Shown one piece after another: positions 35,983 to 44,789 of a stretch of DNA of 53,769 nucleotides. The DNA is taken from NCBI GenBank assembly GCA_040513115.1, contig JBEVDW010000087.1:1-53769 (forward strand). The letters run 5' to 3'. The translations under genes and the position numbers were made by a program. Position 1 is the first letter of the stretch. Every line of letters begins with the position of its first letter. The DNA comes from Steroidobacteraceae bacterium (GTDB lineage Bacteria; Pseudomonadota; Gammaproteobacteria; Steroidobacterales; Steroidobacteraceae). Below the pieces are notes generated by a model. It worked only from the letters and a program-made list of their open reading frames with translations, ran no database searches and had not been told where the DNA came from.

Positions 35983-38430
35983 ATGAAGGCTGTTCATTCT
36001 GCGGCGAATCTGCTTTCTGCCGCGCTCGTGCTGAGTTCGACTGCGGCAATCGCACAGACGGTGCCCGCGTCAGGAAAAGGGACCGGGCTGGAAGAAATCG
36101 TCGTCACTGCGCGGCGCGTCGAAGAAAGCCAGCAGACCGTGCCGATCGCGGTGACGGCGTTGAGCGCCGACATGCTCGAGCGCGCGACAGTGAACGAAGT
36201 GTTCGATCTGCCGCGCCTCGTCCCTTCGCTGGTCGTGGCGCAAGGTGGCTTCGGCGGCGCTTCGAACCCGGGGTACACGATTCGCGGCCTCGGCAACAGC
36301 ATATTGGCCGACCCCGGCGTGATCATCTACTTCGACGAAGTGGCGGTCGAGAGCCGGTTCTATCCCTATAGCTTCTACGATCTCGCCTCGGTTCAGATCG
36401 TGAAAGGCCCGCAGGGCACTTTGTTCGGCAAGAACTCGACCGGTGGTGCGGTGCTGTTCGTTTCGCAGCGGCCCACGGATCAGATGGAGGGCTTTGCTGA
36501 AGTGGGCTTCGGCAATTTCAATGAGCGCCGCGTGACGGGCGCGATCAACGTGCCGATATCGGAGGCGGTGAAGTTCAGGTTGTCGGGCAATCTCGAAGAG
36601 CGTGACGGCACCGTGGAGAGCGCAACGGGCGGCCCCGAATACAACGATCGCGACAACTGGTCGGTGCGTGCGCAGTTGACGCTGAACCCGACCGATGCGC
36701 TCGAGATCTACACCGCGTACACGCACAACGAAGTGGACCAGCATCTGGACCCGTTCTACGTGCGAGTGGTGACTCAGCCGTCGTCCTGTCCGGCCTCGTT
36801 CGCGCAGTTGTTCCTGCCGACCACGCCGAACGTCTGCAGCTACTACAATGCACAGGCGCTGACGATCCCGCCGGTACAAGGCGGCGGACCGTACTACAGC
36901 CCGAGCGCCGAACTGGCGCTGCAGAATCAGCTCGGGAACGATCGCACGGTGCAGAACTCGCGCAATCCGTTCATCGTCGACGTCGACGCGGTGACCAATA
37001 TCATTTCGTGGGAAGTCGGCCCGGTCACGATCAAGAACATCGCCCACTACGAGGACGCGTTCGCGTTCAACGGCATCGACAGCGATGGCACGCGTAATAC
37101 CCTGTCGGAGCTGACCACCGAATATAACTACACGACCAAGTCGAACGAACTGCAGGTGATCGGCAAGGCGTTCGATCGACTGGATTGGATCGCCGGGCTG
37201 TACTACTCGGACATCCAGCAAGACGAGTTCTATGACGTCTTTCAGTTCACGGCACCCACCAATCCTCGCGTGCGGTCGCAGACCTCGACCGAGCAGGAAT
37301 ACATCTCGAAGGCGGTATTCGTCCAGCCGACGCTGGATCTGTCTTCGGTGGTGGAGGGTTTGAGCGTAACGGCCGGTTATCGCCACACGTGGGACGAGAA
37401 GGACTACACCAAGGTGTCGTTCTTGCAGCCGGCGCCGCTCCAGCCGATCAACGCCTGCCGGCAGCAGTTCTACTCGGTGGGAGGCGTGAACTCGTTTGGT
37501 CTGCCGCTCTTCGTGCCGGGCGCGTTCTATCCGGGCGTGGATCCCGCCACGTGCTCGCTCAACTTGAAGGATGAGTGGGACGAGGACAGCTACAACCTGA
37601 CCGTGAACTGGCAGTTCACGTCCAACATGATGGCGTATGTCGCGCACCGCAAGGGTTACAAGGCCGGCGGCTTCAACTTCACCGCCCGCCTGCCGCAGAA
37701 CATCGACTACGAGCCCGAGATCGCGAAGGACTACGAGGTCGGCTTCAAAGGCGACTTCAACTTCGGCTCCATGTTGCTGCGTACCAATCTCGCCGTGTAT
37801 CACACCGATTACGAGAGCATCCAAACCGGCGTGATTCTCGTAACCGGGACGACCGCCGAGCAGGTCATCAAGAACGACAGCCTGGACGGCAAGCCCAACA
37901 AGGCTGAGCTGGAGGGTATTGAAGCCGAGATCACCTTCGTTCCGGTGGCGGGTCTGACGCTGGGTGCGTTCTACGGTCGTGTCGACAAGGCCGAGTACAA
38001 GCACAGCTCGTTCCTGAGCGCGACCGGTGCGCCCGTCATTCTCGATGGCGAAAACATCGCCGGTGTCATCCCGGAGAACTACGGCTTCAATGTGTCGTAC
38101 TCTCCTCTCTTCCTCAGTGGCGATTGGGGCCGGCCGACCCTGAGCGCGGGTTACAGCTTCCGGGGACAGCCCCGGGAGAACGCGTTCACGGCGCCACAGA
38201 CGCCGCCACAATGGCGTGTGGAGGAGCTCGAGACGGTGGACGCTCAGCTGCGCGTAGAGGACATCGCCAGCATGCCGTTGGATGTCTCTCTGTATGCATC
38301 CAACCTGACGGATGAGCGCGCGCGTACCGGCACGCTGTATCAGCCGACTCAGGCGAGCGGCGTGGAGAAGCTGCAGGAACCGCGCACGTACGGTGTGCAG
38401 CTTCGTTATCGCTTCGGGGCCGCCAAGTAA
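35983..38430 (+). CDS. TonB-dependent receptor
   Basis: Signal peptide ending AIAQT, plug LEEIVVTARRVEESQQTVPIAVTAL, and a C-terminal ...YGVQLRYRFGAAK. AGGGGGG RBS upstream. Confidence 0.92.
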   Translation: MKAVHSAANLLSAALVLSSTAAIAQTVPASGKGTGLEEIVVTARRVEESQQTVPIAVTALSADMLERATVNEVFDLPRLVPSLVVAQGGFGGASNPGYTIRGLGNSILADPGVIIYFDEVAVESRFYPYSFYDLASVQIVKGPQGTLFGKNSTGGAVLFVSQRPTDQMEGFAEVGFGNFNERRVTGAINVPISEAVKFRLSGNLEERDGTVESATGGPEYNDRDNWSVRAQLTLNPTDALEIYTAYTHNEVDQHLDPFYVRVVTQPSSCPASFAQLFLPTTPNVCSYYNAQALTIPPVQGGGPYYSPSAELALQNQLGNDRTVQNSRNPFIVDVDAVTNIISWEVGPVTIKNIAHYEDAFAFNGIDSDGTRNTLSELTTEYNYTTKSNELQVIGKAFDRLDWIAGLYYSDIQQDEFYDVFQFTAPTNPRVRSQTSTEQEYISKAVFVQPTLDLSSVVEGLSVTAGYRHTWDEKDYTKVSFLQPAPLQPINACRQQFYSVGGVNSFGLPLFVPGAFYPGVDPATCSLNLKDEWDEDSYNLTVNWQFTSNMMAYVAHRKGYKAGGFNFTARLPQNIDYEPEIAKDYEVGFKGDFNFGSMLLRTNLAVYHTDYESIQTGVILVTGTTAEQVIKNDSLDGKPNKAELEGIEAEITFVPVAGLTLGAFYGRVDKAEYKHSSFLSATGAPVILDGENIAGVIPENYGFNVSYSPLFLSGDWGRPTLSAGYSFRGQPRENAFTAPQTPPQWRVEELETVDAQLRVEDIASMPLDVSLYASNLTDERARTGTLYQPTQASGVEKLQEPRTYGVQLRYRFGAAK

Positions 38431-38575
38431 GGCGTTAAGCTTACGCGGGCATCGGGGCGCTGCGGCGCCTCGGTGCTCGTGTATCTCTGACTCGACCTGG
38501 CTTCCAGCGGCGGAAGCGCATCGTCGCAGCGATCACCGACTACTTTCGTCAGCACGCTGCCGCGAGGAACAAGTG

Positions 38576-39635
38576 ATGGCGCATATCGAAGGCTTCATCG
38601 TCAGCACCGGCCGAGCGGGTTCCACGCTGCTATCACGGATGCTGGCGCAGAACTCGAAGACCTTGATGCTTTCCGAGTTCCTGGGCGCCGCCGACAATCT
38701 CGATCGCTATCCTACCGACCCTGTCGACGGCAACGCCTCGCCCGCATCCTGAGCGATGCCGACAATCTCGGGCAATTGATGCGGCGACGCGCATTCGGTC
38801 TCAAGGAGATTCTTTACACGGGTGATGGCGAGCAGGCGCGCTGGCAGAAAACCATGCCCACGGCCATGATGGCGCCCATCCCATTTCTCGAACCCAACAA
38901 CCCGGAAAAGTTGTTCGACGACATGATTGCGTTCGCGCTGCGCCAGCCCACGCGCGGAACCGCCGACCAATACCGCACCTTGTTTGCCTGGCTATGCGAA
39001 CGCTATGAGAAAGTGGCGTGGATCGAGCGCTCGGGCGCCACACTGCGTTACTTCGACGAACAACGCCGCACGTTCCCCGATGCGAAGTACGTGCACATTC
39101 ATCGCGACGGCGTCTCTGCGGCGCTGTCGATGCGCGAGCACAACTGGTTCATCCTGGCGGCGCACTTCGACGAACAGTTGCCGACGATGGACGAGCTCAA
39201 GCGAGCGATCCTCGAGCCATCGAATTCGGACGACGATCCGATTACGCGTTTCTACACCAAGGACAAACCGCCGCTCGAGCAATTCGCGCGCATGTGGGCG
39301 CGACAGATTGCCCGCGGCTTTCGCGAGTTCGTGCATCTCGACCGCGACCAGTATCTCGCGGTGAATTCGAGGACTTGCAATCCGAACCCGAGCGCGAGCT
39401 GCGCCGTATCGGCGAATTCTTCGAGCTGCCCGACGATCCGGGCTGGGAAAAGCGCGCGGCCGCGATGCTCGATTCTTCGCTGGGGCAACGGCCGCACACT
39501 CTACCGCCGGACGAATACGAGCGCGTGCGTGCCGCGGTGCTGCCGGGACAGATTCTGCTCGGCCGTGAAGATCCTGCGAAGCTGGTCGACAGCTATCGCG
39601 TGATGCGCGAGGCGTTCGAGAAGTACGATCGCTAA
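38576..39635 (+). pseudogene. Sulfotransferase-family gene, frameshifted (paralogue of 52521-53579)
   Basis: P-loop STGRAGSTLLSRML. Homology to the intact paralogue continues across two frame changes, near 38730 (VDG | QRLARILSDADNL) and near 39364 (DQYLAV | FEDLQSEPERELRRIGEFFELP). Confidence 0.75.
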
Positions 39636-40552
39636 GGCCTACGCCCCGCAGGCTTCGCTAGAACGCCAGCGCTCTCGAGATCGCTGGCGACCGTGTCGAC
39701 GACTTCCTTCAGGCCTTCCGGTTCACGTCGGGCTTCAGACGTGCGCACCCGACTGCTGTTCGCGATCAATTCGTACAACTCGGCCGCGCCCGTGAACAGA
39801 GCGCCCGGCAGACCGAGGCTGTGCATGAACTCGCTGGTTTCGCGCATCTCACCTGCCCAGCGTTGCACGCGTGATGGCATCAGAGGAGCGTAGAGCTCAA
39901 CGGCTCGAATTAGCTCCGGCACACGTTCCTGCAGGAGCGCTTCCAGTCGCCATTGCCGCGCGGCCAGGAGCATCTGCAGTCCGGCCGCCTCGAACACCTT
40001 GACCATGCCTCCGAGCACCTGATCGACCGCCGAAGCCTGCCCGATGGGGCCGTCCAGCACCCGCACGTCGAGCCCGTGGGCAGTGAGTATCAGCAAGTCG
40101 CGTGCGTGCGGACCCGATGCGTAGAGGAGGGCGCCCGGACCGCTCGGTGGTGCGCTCTGGATGGCGGCGTCGACGCAGCGTCCGCCTGCATCCTGGATGA
40201 CTGCGCCGATATGGGTGGCGAGCTGTGGTGTGATGGCATTGCAATCAACGAAGAGCACATTGCGCTTCGATGCACTCATCGAATCGGCTACAGCGATCGC
40301 CACGTCGAGTGCCGCGCTGGGCTGCAGAATGGACAGGATGATATCGGCGCTCCGTACCATCGCAGCGACGGATCCCACGTCGCGGATGCCGGCGAGGGCA
40401 CAGCGCTCTCGTGTGACCTGGCTGCGCCCGTCGAGCGCGCAGATCACATCCAGGCGCCCGAAGCTGCGCAGCACGGCACCGATCGCGGAGCCCATTTGAC
40501 CGCAGTTCAGAATGCCGACGACGGGTGACAGCAACTCTGCTTGTTCGTCCAC
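39632..40552 (-). CDS. NAD(P)-binding oxidoreductase, 6-phosphogluconate/3-hydroxyisobutyrate dehydrogenase-like (DUF1932-type C-terminus)
   Basis: N-terminal Rossmann-like VGILNCGQMGSAIGAVL and a helical C-terminal domain. GTG start at 40552. Last gene of the P450 operon. Confidence 0.55.
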   Translation of the reverse strand: MDEQAELLSPVVGILNCGQMGSAIGAVLRSFGRLDVICALDGRSQVTRERCALAGIRDVGSVAAMVRSADIILSILQPSAALDVAIAVADSMSASKRNVLFVDCNAITPQLATHIGAVIQDAGGRCVDAAIQSAPPSGPGALLYASGPHARDLLILTAHGLDVRVLDGPIGQASAVDQVLGGMVKVFEAAGLQMLLAARQWRLEALLQERVPELIRAVELYAPLMPSRVQRWAGEMRETSEFMHSLGLPGALFTGAAELYELIANSSRVRTSEARREPEGLKEVVDTVASDLESAGVLAKPAGRRP

Positions 40553-40593
40553 GCTGACCTCACCCGACTCCGCGCGCTGAGTTCTGCTCGGGC

Positions 40594-40794
40594 TCAGCCC
40601 TCATCCTCCACGACGATGATGGCTCTCTCCGGGCAAGCGAGCGCGCCTTTACGCGCTGCATTCTCCAGCTCGGGTGGCGGTGTGAATGGCTCCATGTCGT
40701 TGAAGCCGTCATCGTTCAGCCGATAGACCTCCGGCGCGGCCAATATGCAGGTCGCGTGGCCTTGGCAGCGGCTGCGGTCGACTTTGATCTTCAT
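40594..40794 (-). CDS. Ferredoxin (3Fe-4S/4Fe-4S, P450-associated type), 66 aa
   Basis: MKIKVDRSRCQGHATC...ACPERAI (the CxxHxxC...CP pattern). Starts 13 nt after the P450 stop. Confidence 0.8.
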   Translation of the reverse strand: MKIKVDRSRCQGHATCILAAPEVYRLNDDGFNDMEPFTPPPELENAARKGALACPERAIIVVEDEG

Positions 40795-40807
40795 GTCGGT
40801 CTCCAGT

Positions 40808-42007
40808 TCAGGTCGGCCACACGAGCGGCAGATACGTGATGGCCATCGCGGAGCCCGAGTGACCTTTCGGAGTCTCGCCGGGCGCGATGGAGAATTCCGG
40901 GAATCGCGGCAACCATTCTTCCAGGAATATCCGCAGCTCCGGGCGGGCGAGATTCGAGCCAAGGCAGCGATGCGGGCCCGCGCCAAAGGCGATGTGGCGA
41001 AAATGCTCACGATGGAAGTCGACTTCCATCGGCCTTTCGAATTTACGCTCATCCAGGCCATACAAGTGGATGGGCAACAGCATGCGATCGCCCTTTTTTA
41101 TCTGCACCCCGCGGAACTCGAAGTCACTGGCAGCCGTGCGCCCGAGATTCAGGATGCCGAAGCGGCGCATGAACTCCTCGATGGCGTCGCGCATGAGCTT
41201 GGGATTCTCCCGTAGCTCGCGTCGGTGTTCGGGGTGATCGGCCAGGAAGCGCACGATGAAGGACAGACCCGAGGTCACGGTCTCGATGCCGCCGAACAGG
41301 ATGTTGAGTGCCATGCCGACGCTGTCGTCCGGTTTGATCTTTCCTTCCGCTTCGGCGGCGACGATGCTCGAGAACAGATCCTTGCCGGGGCTGCGGCGAC
41401 GTTGTTCGAGCACCTTCGAGAGATAGGCATGCGTGGCCACTTGCGCCGCCACTTGCGCCGCCGCGTCTGGATTGCGCGCGACGTCTTCGACCCAGCCGCG
41501 AACACGACCTCGATCTTCGCTGGGCAACTCGACGAAGCGCAGGAACAGCTCGACCGGCATGCGCACACCGAAGTCCGCGACGAACTCGCATCGTCCGCGC
41601 GGCCGCAACTCCTCGAGCAACTGGATCACGAGCGCGCGAATGTCGGGCTCCAGCGGAAACAGTGCCTTCGGCGAGAGCATCCGTAAGACGATCGATCGCA
41701 TGTCCTGCAACTCCGGTGGGTCCACCTCCAGCGGCACTGTTCGCGGCGCGTCCGCCGGCCGCGCCGGAATGCTGAAGGGATTCGACGAGAAGTGCTCTAC
41801 GTCCTGCATCACTGCGAAGATGTCGTCGCCGCGCGTTGCGATCCAGTGCCCGCCGTTACGGGGCGTGTACACGATATCGGGGCCGTCGTGCAGTTTCTTC
41901 CAGGCGGCGTGCGGGTCGATGTTCGCGCCTGGTACCTGGAAGTAGTCGAAGTCGATGACGCGGCCCGGCGGGACATGCGACGGCACTGCAATGGATTGGG
42001 AGGTCAT
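40808..42007 (-). CDS. Cytochrome P450
   Basis: Heme-thiolate loop FGAGPHRCLGSNLAR, I-helix GGIETVTS, and an ExxR motif within EEFMRRF. GAGGA RBS 9 nt upstream. Confidence 0.93.
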   Translation of the reverse strand: MTSQSIAVPSHVPPGRVIDFDYFQVPGANIDPHAAWKKLHDGPDIVYTPRNGGHWIATRGDDIFAVMQDVEHFSSNPFSIPARPADAPRTVPLEVDPPELQDMRSIVLRMLSPKALFPLEPDIRALVIQLLEELRPRGRCEFVADFGVRMPVELFLRFVELPSEDRGRVRGWVEDVARNPDAAAQVAAQVATHAYLSKVLEQRRRSPGKDLFSSIVAAEAEGKIKPDDSVGMALNILFGGIETVTSGLSFIVRFLADHPEHRRELRENPKLMRDAIEEFMRRFGILNLGRTAASDFEFRGVQIKKGDRMLLPIHLYGLDERKFERPMEVDFHREHFRHIAFGAGPHRCLGSNLARPELRIFLEEWLPRFPEFSIAPGETPKGHSGSAMAITYLPLVWPT

Positions 42008-42102
42008 GAATGCTCATCCTCACATCGTGGTCGGCTGGAGTGGATCTGCGGGGTCATTTGCTTCTTGAGCGCAAGCGAACTCCACGTGACGGCCCGGTAT
42101 TA

Positions 42103-42118
42103 ATAGAGTAAACTCTAT
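42103..42118. promoter_or_regulatory. Perfect 7-2-7 palindrome ATAGAGT-AA-ACTCTAT; candidate operator
   Basis: Lies in the 131-bp gap upstream of the P450 operon. Shares the identical 14-mer AGTAAACTCTATCG with 45602-45615. Confidence 0.45.
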
Positions 42119-42138
42119 CGTTTCGCATGCGCGCGGCC

Positions 42139-42939
42139 TCAGATGGCGGTCCAGCCGCCGTCCACGGTCAACACCGTGCCGTTGATGAAGCTTGCGTAGT
42201 CGCTCGCCAGGAAGAGCACCACGGGAGCGACTTCCTCCGGCCGTCCGCTGCGCGGATTGAGATCAAGCGCTTTGCGCAGTGACGGCCAGAGTTTCGGCTC
42301 GTCAGGAGGATCCAGCGCCTTGTTCTGCGCCGAGTCCCACGTGGGCCCCTCGCTGCGGACACCGCCAGGGGCCATGCCGACACAGCGAATGCCCTGATCG
42401 CCGTAGCAGGCAGCAATGTTCTTCGTCAGGCCGACCAGCCCATGCTTGGCGGCGACGTACGCTGGGCCAGCCCGCCCGCCGGTCATGCCGCAAATGGAGA
42501 TGGTGTTGACGATCACGCCTTTGCCTTTCGCGAGCATGCCCGGAAGGAACTGGCGCGCGGTCAAGAACGGCGCCTTCAAGGTCACATCGTGGCATCGGTC
42601 CCACCACTCATCCGTCGTGTCGAGCAGGCTCGCGAAGTTGCCGATACCGGCATGGTTGACGAGGATGTCGACGCTGCCGAATGCCGCATTCGTTGCGGCG
42701 GCGAGCCGCTGAATATCGGCCGGCTTGGCAACGTCGGCCTGCACAGCAATCGCTTTTCCGCCGCGCTCACAGATCGCGTCTGCCGCCAGCCCGGCCGACG
42801 ATGCGTTGATGTCTACCACGACGACGTTGGCGCCTGCGTCGCCGAACGCGAGGCAGATCTCGCGACCCATTCCGCGGCCGGCGACCGATCCGCCTCCCGT
42901 CACGACGACGGTTCTGGAGCTCAGGCCCAGGTTCATCAT
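42139..42939 (-). CDS. SDR-family oxidoreductase
   Basis: VVVTGGGSVAGRGMG, NHAG, YVAAKHGLVGL (YxxxK). Confidence 0.9.
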   Translation of the reverse strand: MMNLGLSSRTVVVTGGGSVAGRGMGREICLAFGDAGANVVVVDINASSAGLAADAICERGGKAIAVQADVAKPADIQRLAAATNAAFGSVDILVNHAGIGNFASLLDTTDEWWDRCHDVTLKAPFLTARQFLPGMLAKGKGVIVNTISICGMTGGRAGPAYVAAKHGLVGLTKNIAACYGDQGIRCVGMAPGGVRSEGPTWDSAQNKALDPPDEPKLWPSLRKALDLNPRSGRPEEVAPVVLFLASDYASFINGTVLTVDGGWTAI

Positions 42940-43017
42940 GTGGCTCACTCGTTCGAAAGATGTTGTTGGTCGTGCCCGATGCGGCGAACGCCAAACCGGC
43001 ATTCGCGCATGGACACC

Positions 43018-43857
43018 TCAGCAGGCGCGCGTCCAGTCGTTCGCAGGATCCGGAACACCCGCCATGTTCACGACCGGTGACAAGCTGTGGCTCTTGGAGG
43101 TCGCGCCGTTATCGACGGGCAAGAGGATGCCATTGATGAAACTGGCGGCAGGCGACAACAGAAACGCAGTCGCGTCCGCGAGCTCACGCGGCTCACCGAC
43201 ACGCCCGAGGTAATGCTGACGCAATTTCGTTCCGACCACCGGATCCGTGAGCAACTCTCTCAGTCGCCCTTCGCCGGTATCGAACGTTCCCGCGACGAGG
43301 CAATTCACACGGATGTTGTAGCGCGAATAGTAGGCCGCCATCGCTGGCGTGAGCGACTGGATGGCACCCTTGCAAGCGGTGTAGGCGTGGCCTGACAACT
43401 GCCCGCGCACACCGGCAGCCGAGGACATGTTCACCACGCTGCCACCGCCCGCGATCGCGATGGCCCGGATCGCGTGCTTCGAGGCGAAGAAAAAGCCATC
43501 AAGGTCCGACGCGAGCATTGCGCGCCATGCCTGCGTATCGATCTCGGTGATCGGTGCGTCCGGTCTTCCTTGGATCCAGGCGGCGTTGTTCACCAGGCCC
43601 GTGAGCTTGCCGAACTTCGCCACGGCTGCGGCCACGGCCGCAGCAACCTGGTCCTCGCTGCACATGTCCATCTGAACAAACAGCGCGCGTCCGCCTGCAC
43701 TCTCGATGCGGCGCTCGACTTCTTGACCGCGTTCGAGCCGCCTGCCCGTGATCACCACCGCCGCACTGTGGCGCGCGAAGGTCTCCGCCATGGTGGCACC
43801 CAGTCCGGCCGTGGAACCCGTGATGAGAATGACCTGGCCTTCAAGCAGCGCTGTCAT
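43018..43857 (-). CDS. SDR-family oxidoreductase
   Basis: ILITGSTAGLGATMA, NNAA, YTACKGAI (YxxxK). Its ATG overlaps the upstream stop (ATGA 43854-43857). Confidence 0.9.
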   Translation of the reverse strand: MTALLEGQVILITGSTAGLGATMAETFARHSAAVVITGRRLERGQEVERRIESAGGRALFVQMDMCSEDQVAAAVAAAVAKFGKLTGLVNNAAWIQGRPDAPITEIDTQAWRAMLASDLDGFFFASKHAIRAIAIAGGGSVVNMSSAAGVRGQLSGHAYTACKGAIQSLTPAMAAYYSRYNIRVNCLVAGTFDTGEGRLRELLTDPVVGTKLRQHYLGRVGEPRELADATAFLLSPAASFINGILLPVDNGATSKSHSLSPVVNMAGVPDPANDWTRAC

Positions 43858-44699
43858 GTCGACCTCTCTGGCGATGCCTGCGCGGGCCGTGTGCGTTCCC
43901 AAGCAACTTGGCGTACACCCGGCGCCGGGCCAGTGGCTGGCGCACCGGCGAAACATTGAGCGATCTGCATCCAGCGAACCGCGGCGTCGCCACGCACCTC
44001 CAGCTGTGTGTCCGCCACATTGCGCCGCTGTGTGACTACCCAACAGAAATCCTCGGCAGTGCCACGAACGCTGGCAGGCGCATCGGGGTCATTGAAAGTC
44101 CACGTGGCACCTGATGGCGCAGAGAGCTCGACATACGGCGGCGGTACGGGCGGCTCGAAGCCGCGATTCAGGAATGACCAGCCATACGTACGCACGCCCA
44201 GGTTGACGATATTGATGATCCGATCCGTATTCGTGCGACGAATGCGCAACAGGTCGTAGATATCCTGTCCATGCGCCCAGGTCTCCATCTGGCGCGCCGT
44301 CGCGCAGGATTTCACCGCCATGTCGGGCCCGAACCATTTCATGCGTTGGCGCGGGTCGCTGGCTTCGAAGACGGCGATCATGTGCCGATAGTTCTCGCGC
44401 CAGCGCTGCAGCAGCTCGTCGCGGGCAAGAATTCCGAGTACCTCGTTGGTGTACGCGCGGAAGGAGTAGTCAGGGTCCTTCTCGTCGCGCGCGACACGTT
44501 CGGCGATGACGGCGAACTCCCCGGGCTGCTCGATCGACATCAATGCCAGCCGATCGAGAAAGTAGTTGTGTGCGATCTCGTCGTAGACGCTCCAGTTGTA
44601 GAAGATGGTCTTGCGCTGCCATTGGCCCGCATTGAGCGCGCTGACGAGCGCATCGAGCTCCTCGCATTCGGCACGCAGCGCCGCACAGACCTCGCGCAT
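43854..44699 (-). CDS. DinB/MDMPI_N-like metal-binding protein (TIGR03084-type, recalled from memory)
   Basis: ARQMETWAHGQDIYDLL and N-terminal EELDALVSAL...W motifs. 281 aa. First gene of an operon with two SDRs. Confidence 0.6.
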   Translation of the reverse strand: MREVCAALRAECEELDALVSALNAGQWQRKTIFYNWSVYDEIAHNYFLDRLALMSIEQPGEFAVIAERVARDEKDPDYSFRAYTNEVLGILARDELLQRWRENYRHMIAVFEASDPRQRMKWFGPDMAVKSCATARQMETWAHGQDIYDLLRIRRTNTDRIINIVNLGVRTYGWSFLNRGFEPPVPPPYVELSAPSGATWTFNDPDAPASVRGTAEDFCWVVTQRRNVADTQLEVRGDAAVRWMQIAQCFAGAPATGPAPGVRQVAWERTRPAQASPERST

Positions 44700-44789
44700 G
44701 ATCGATCACCCCGATGGATTGCCTTGGAAATGATAGACCTTTATTCCGAGCGCCGGCAGGAGGTTTTTGCCTCGAGCGATTCACGGCGA

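Noticed and set aside
35673-36371. 232-aa and 67-aa plus-strand ORFs in the leader and over the start of the second TonB receptor.
   Set aside because: Non-coding-like composition. They overlap the receptor's signal peptide and plug in another frame. No RBS or motifs.
39632-39635. 4-nt overlap of convergent stop codons (CTAA) between the sulfotransferase pseudogene and the oxidoreductase.
   Set aside because: This is a trivial consequence of tight packing, with no functional implication.
44731-44745. GATAGACCTTTAT upstream of the DinB-like operon as a further copy of the 42103 operator.
   Set aside because: Only the outer ATAAAG/TCTAT parts match, with a shorter spacer. That is too weak to call without a PWM or conservation test.
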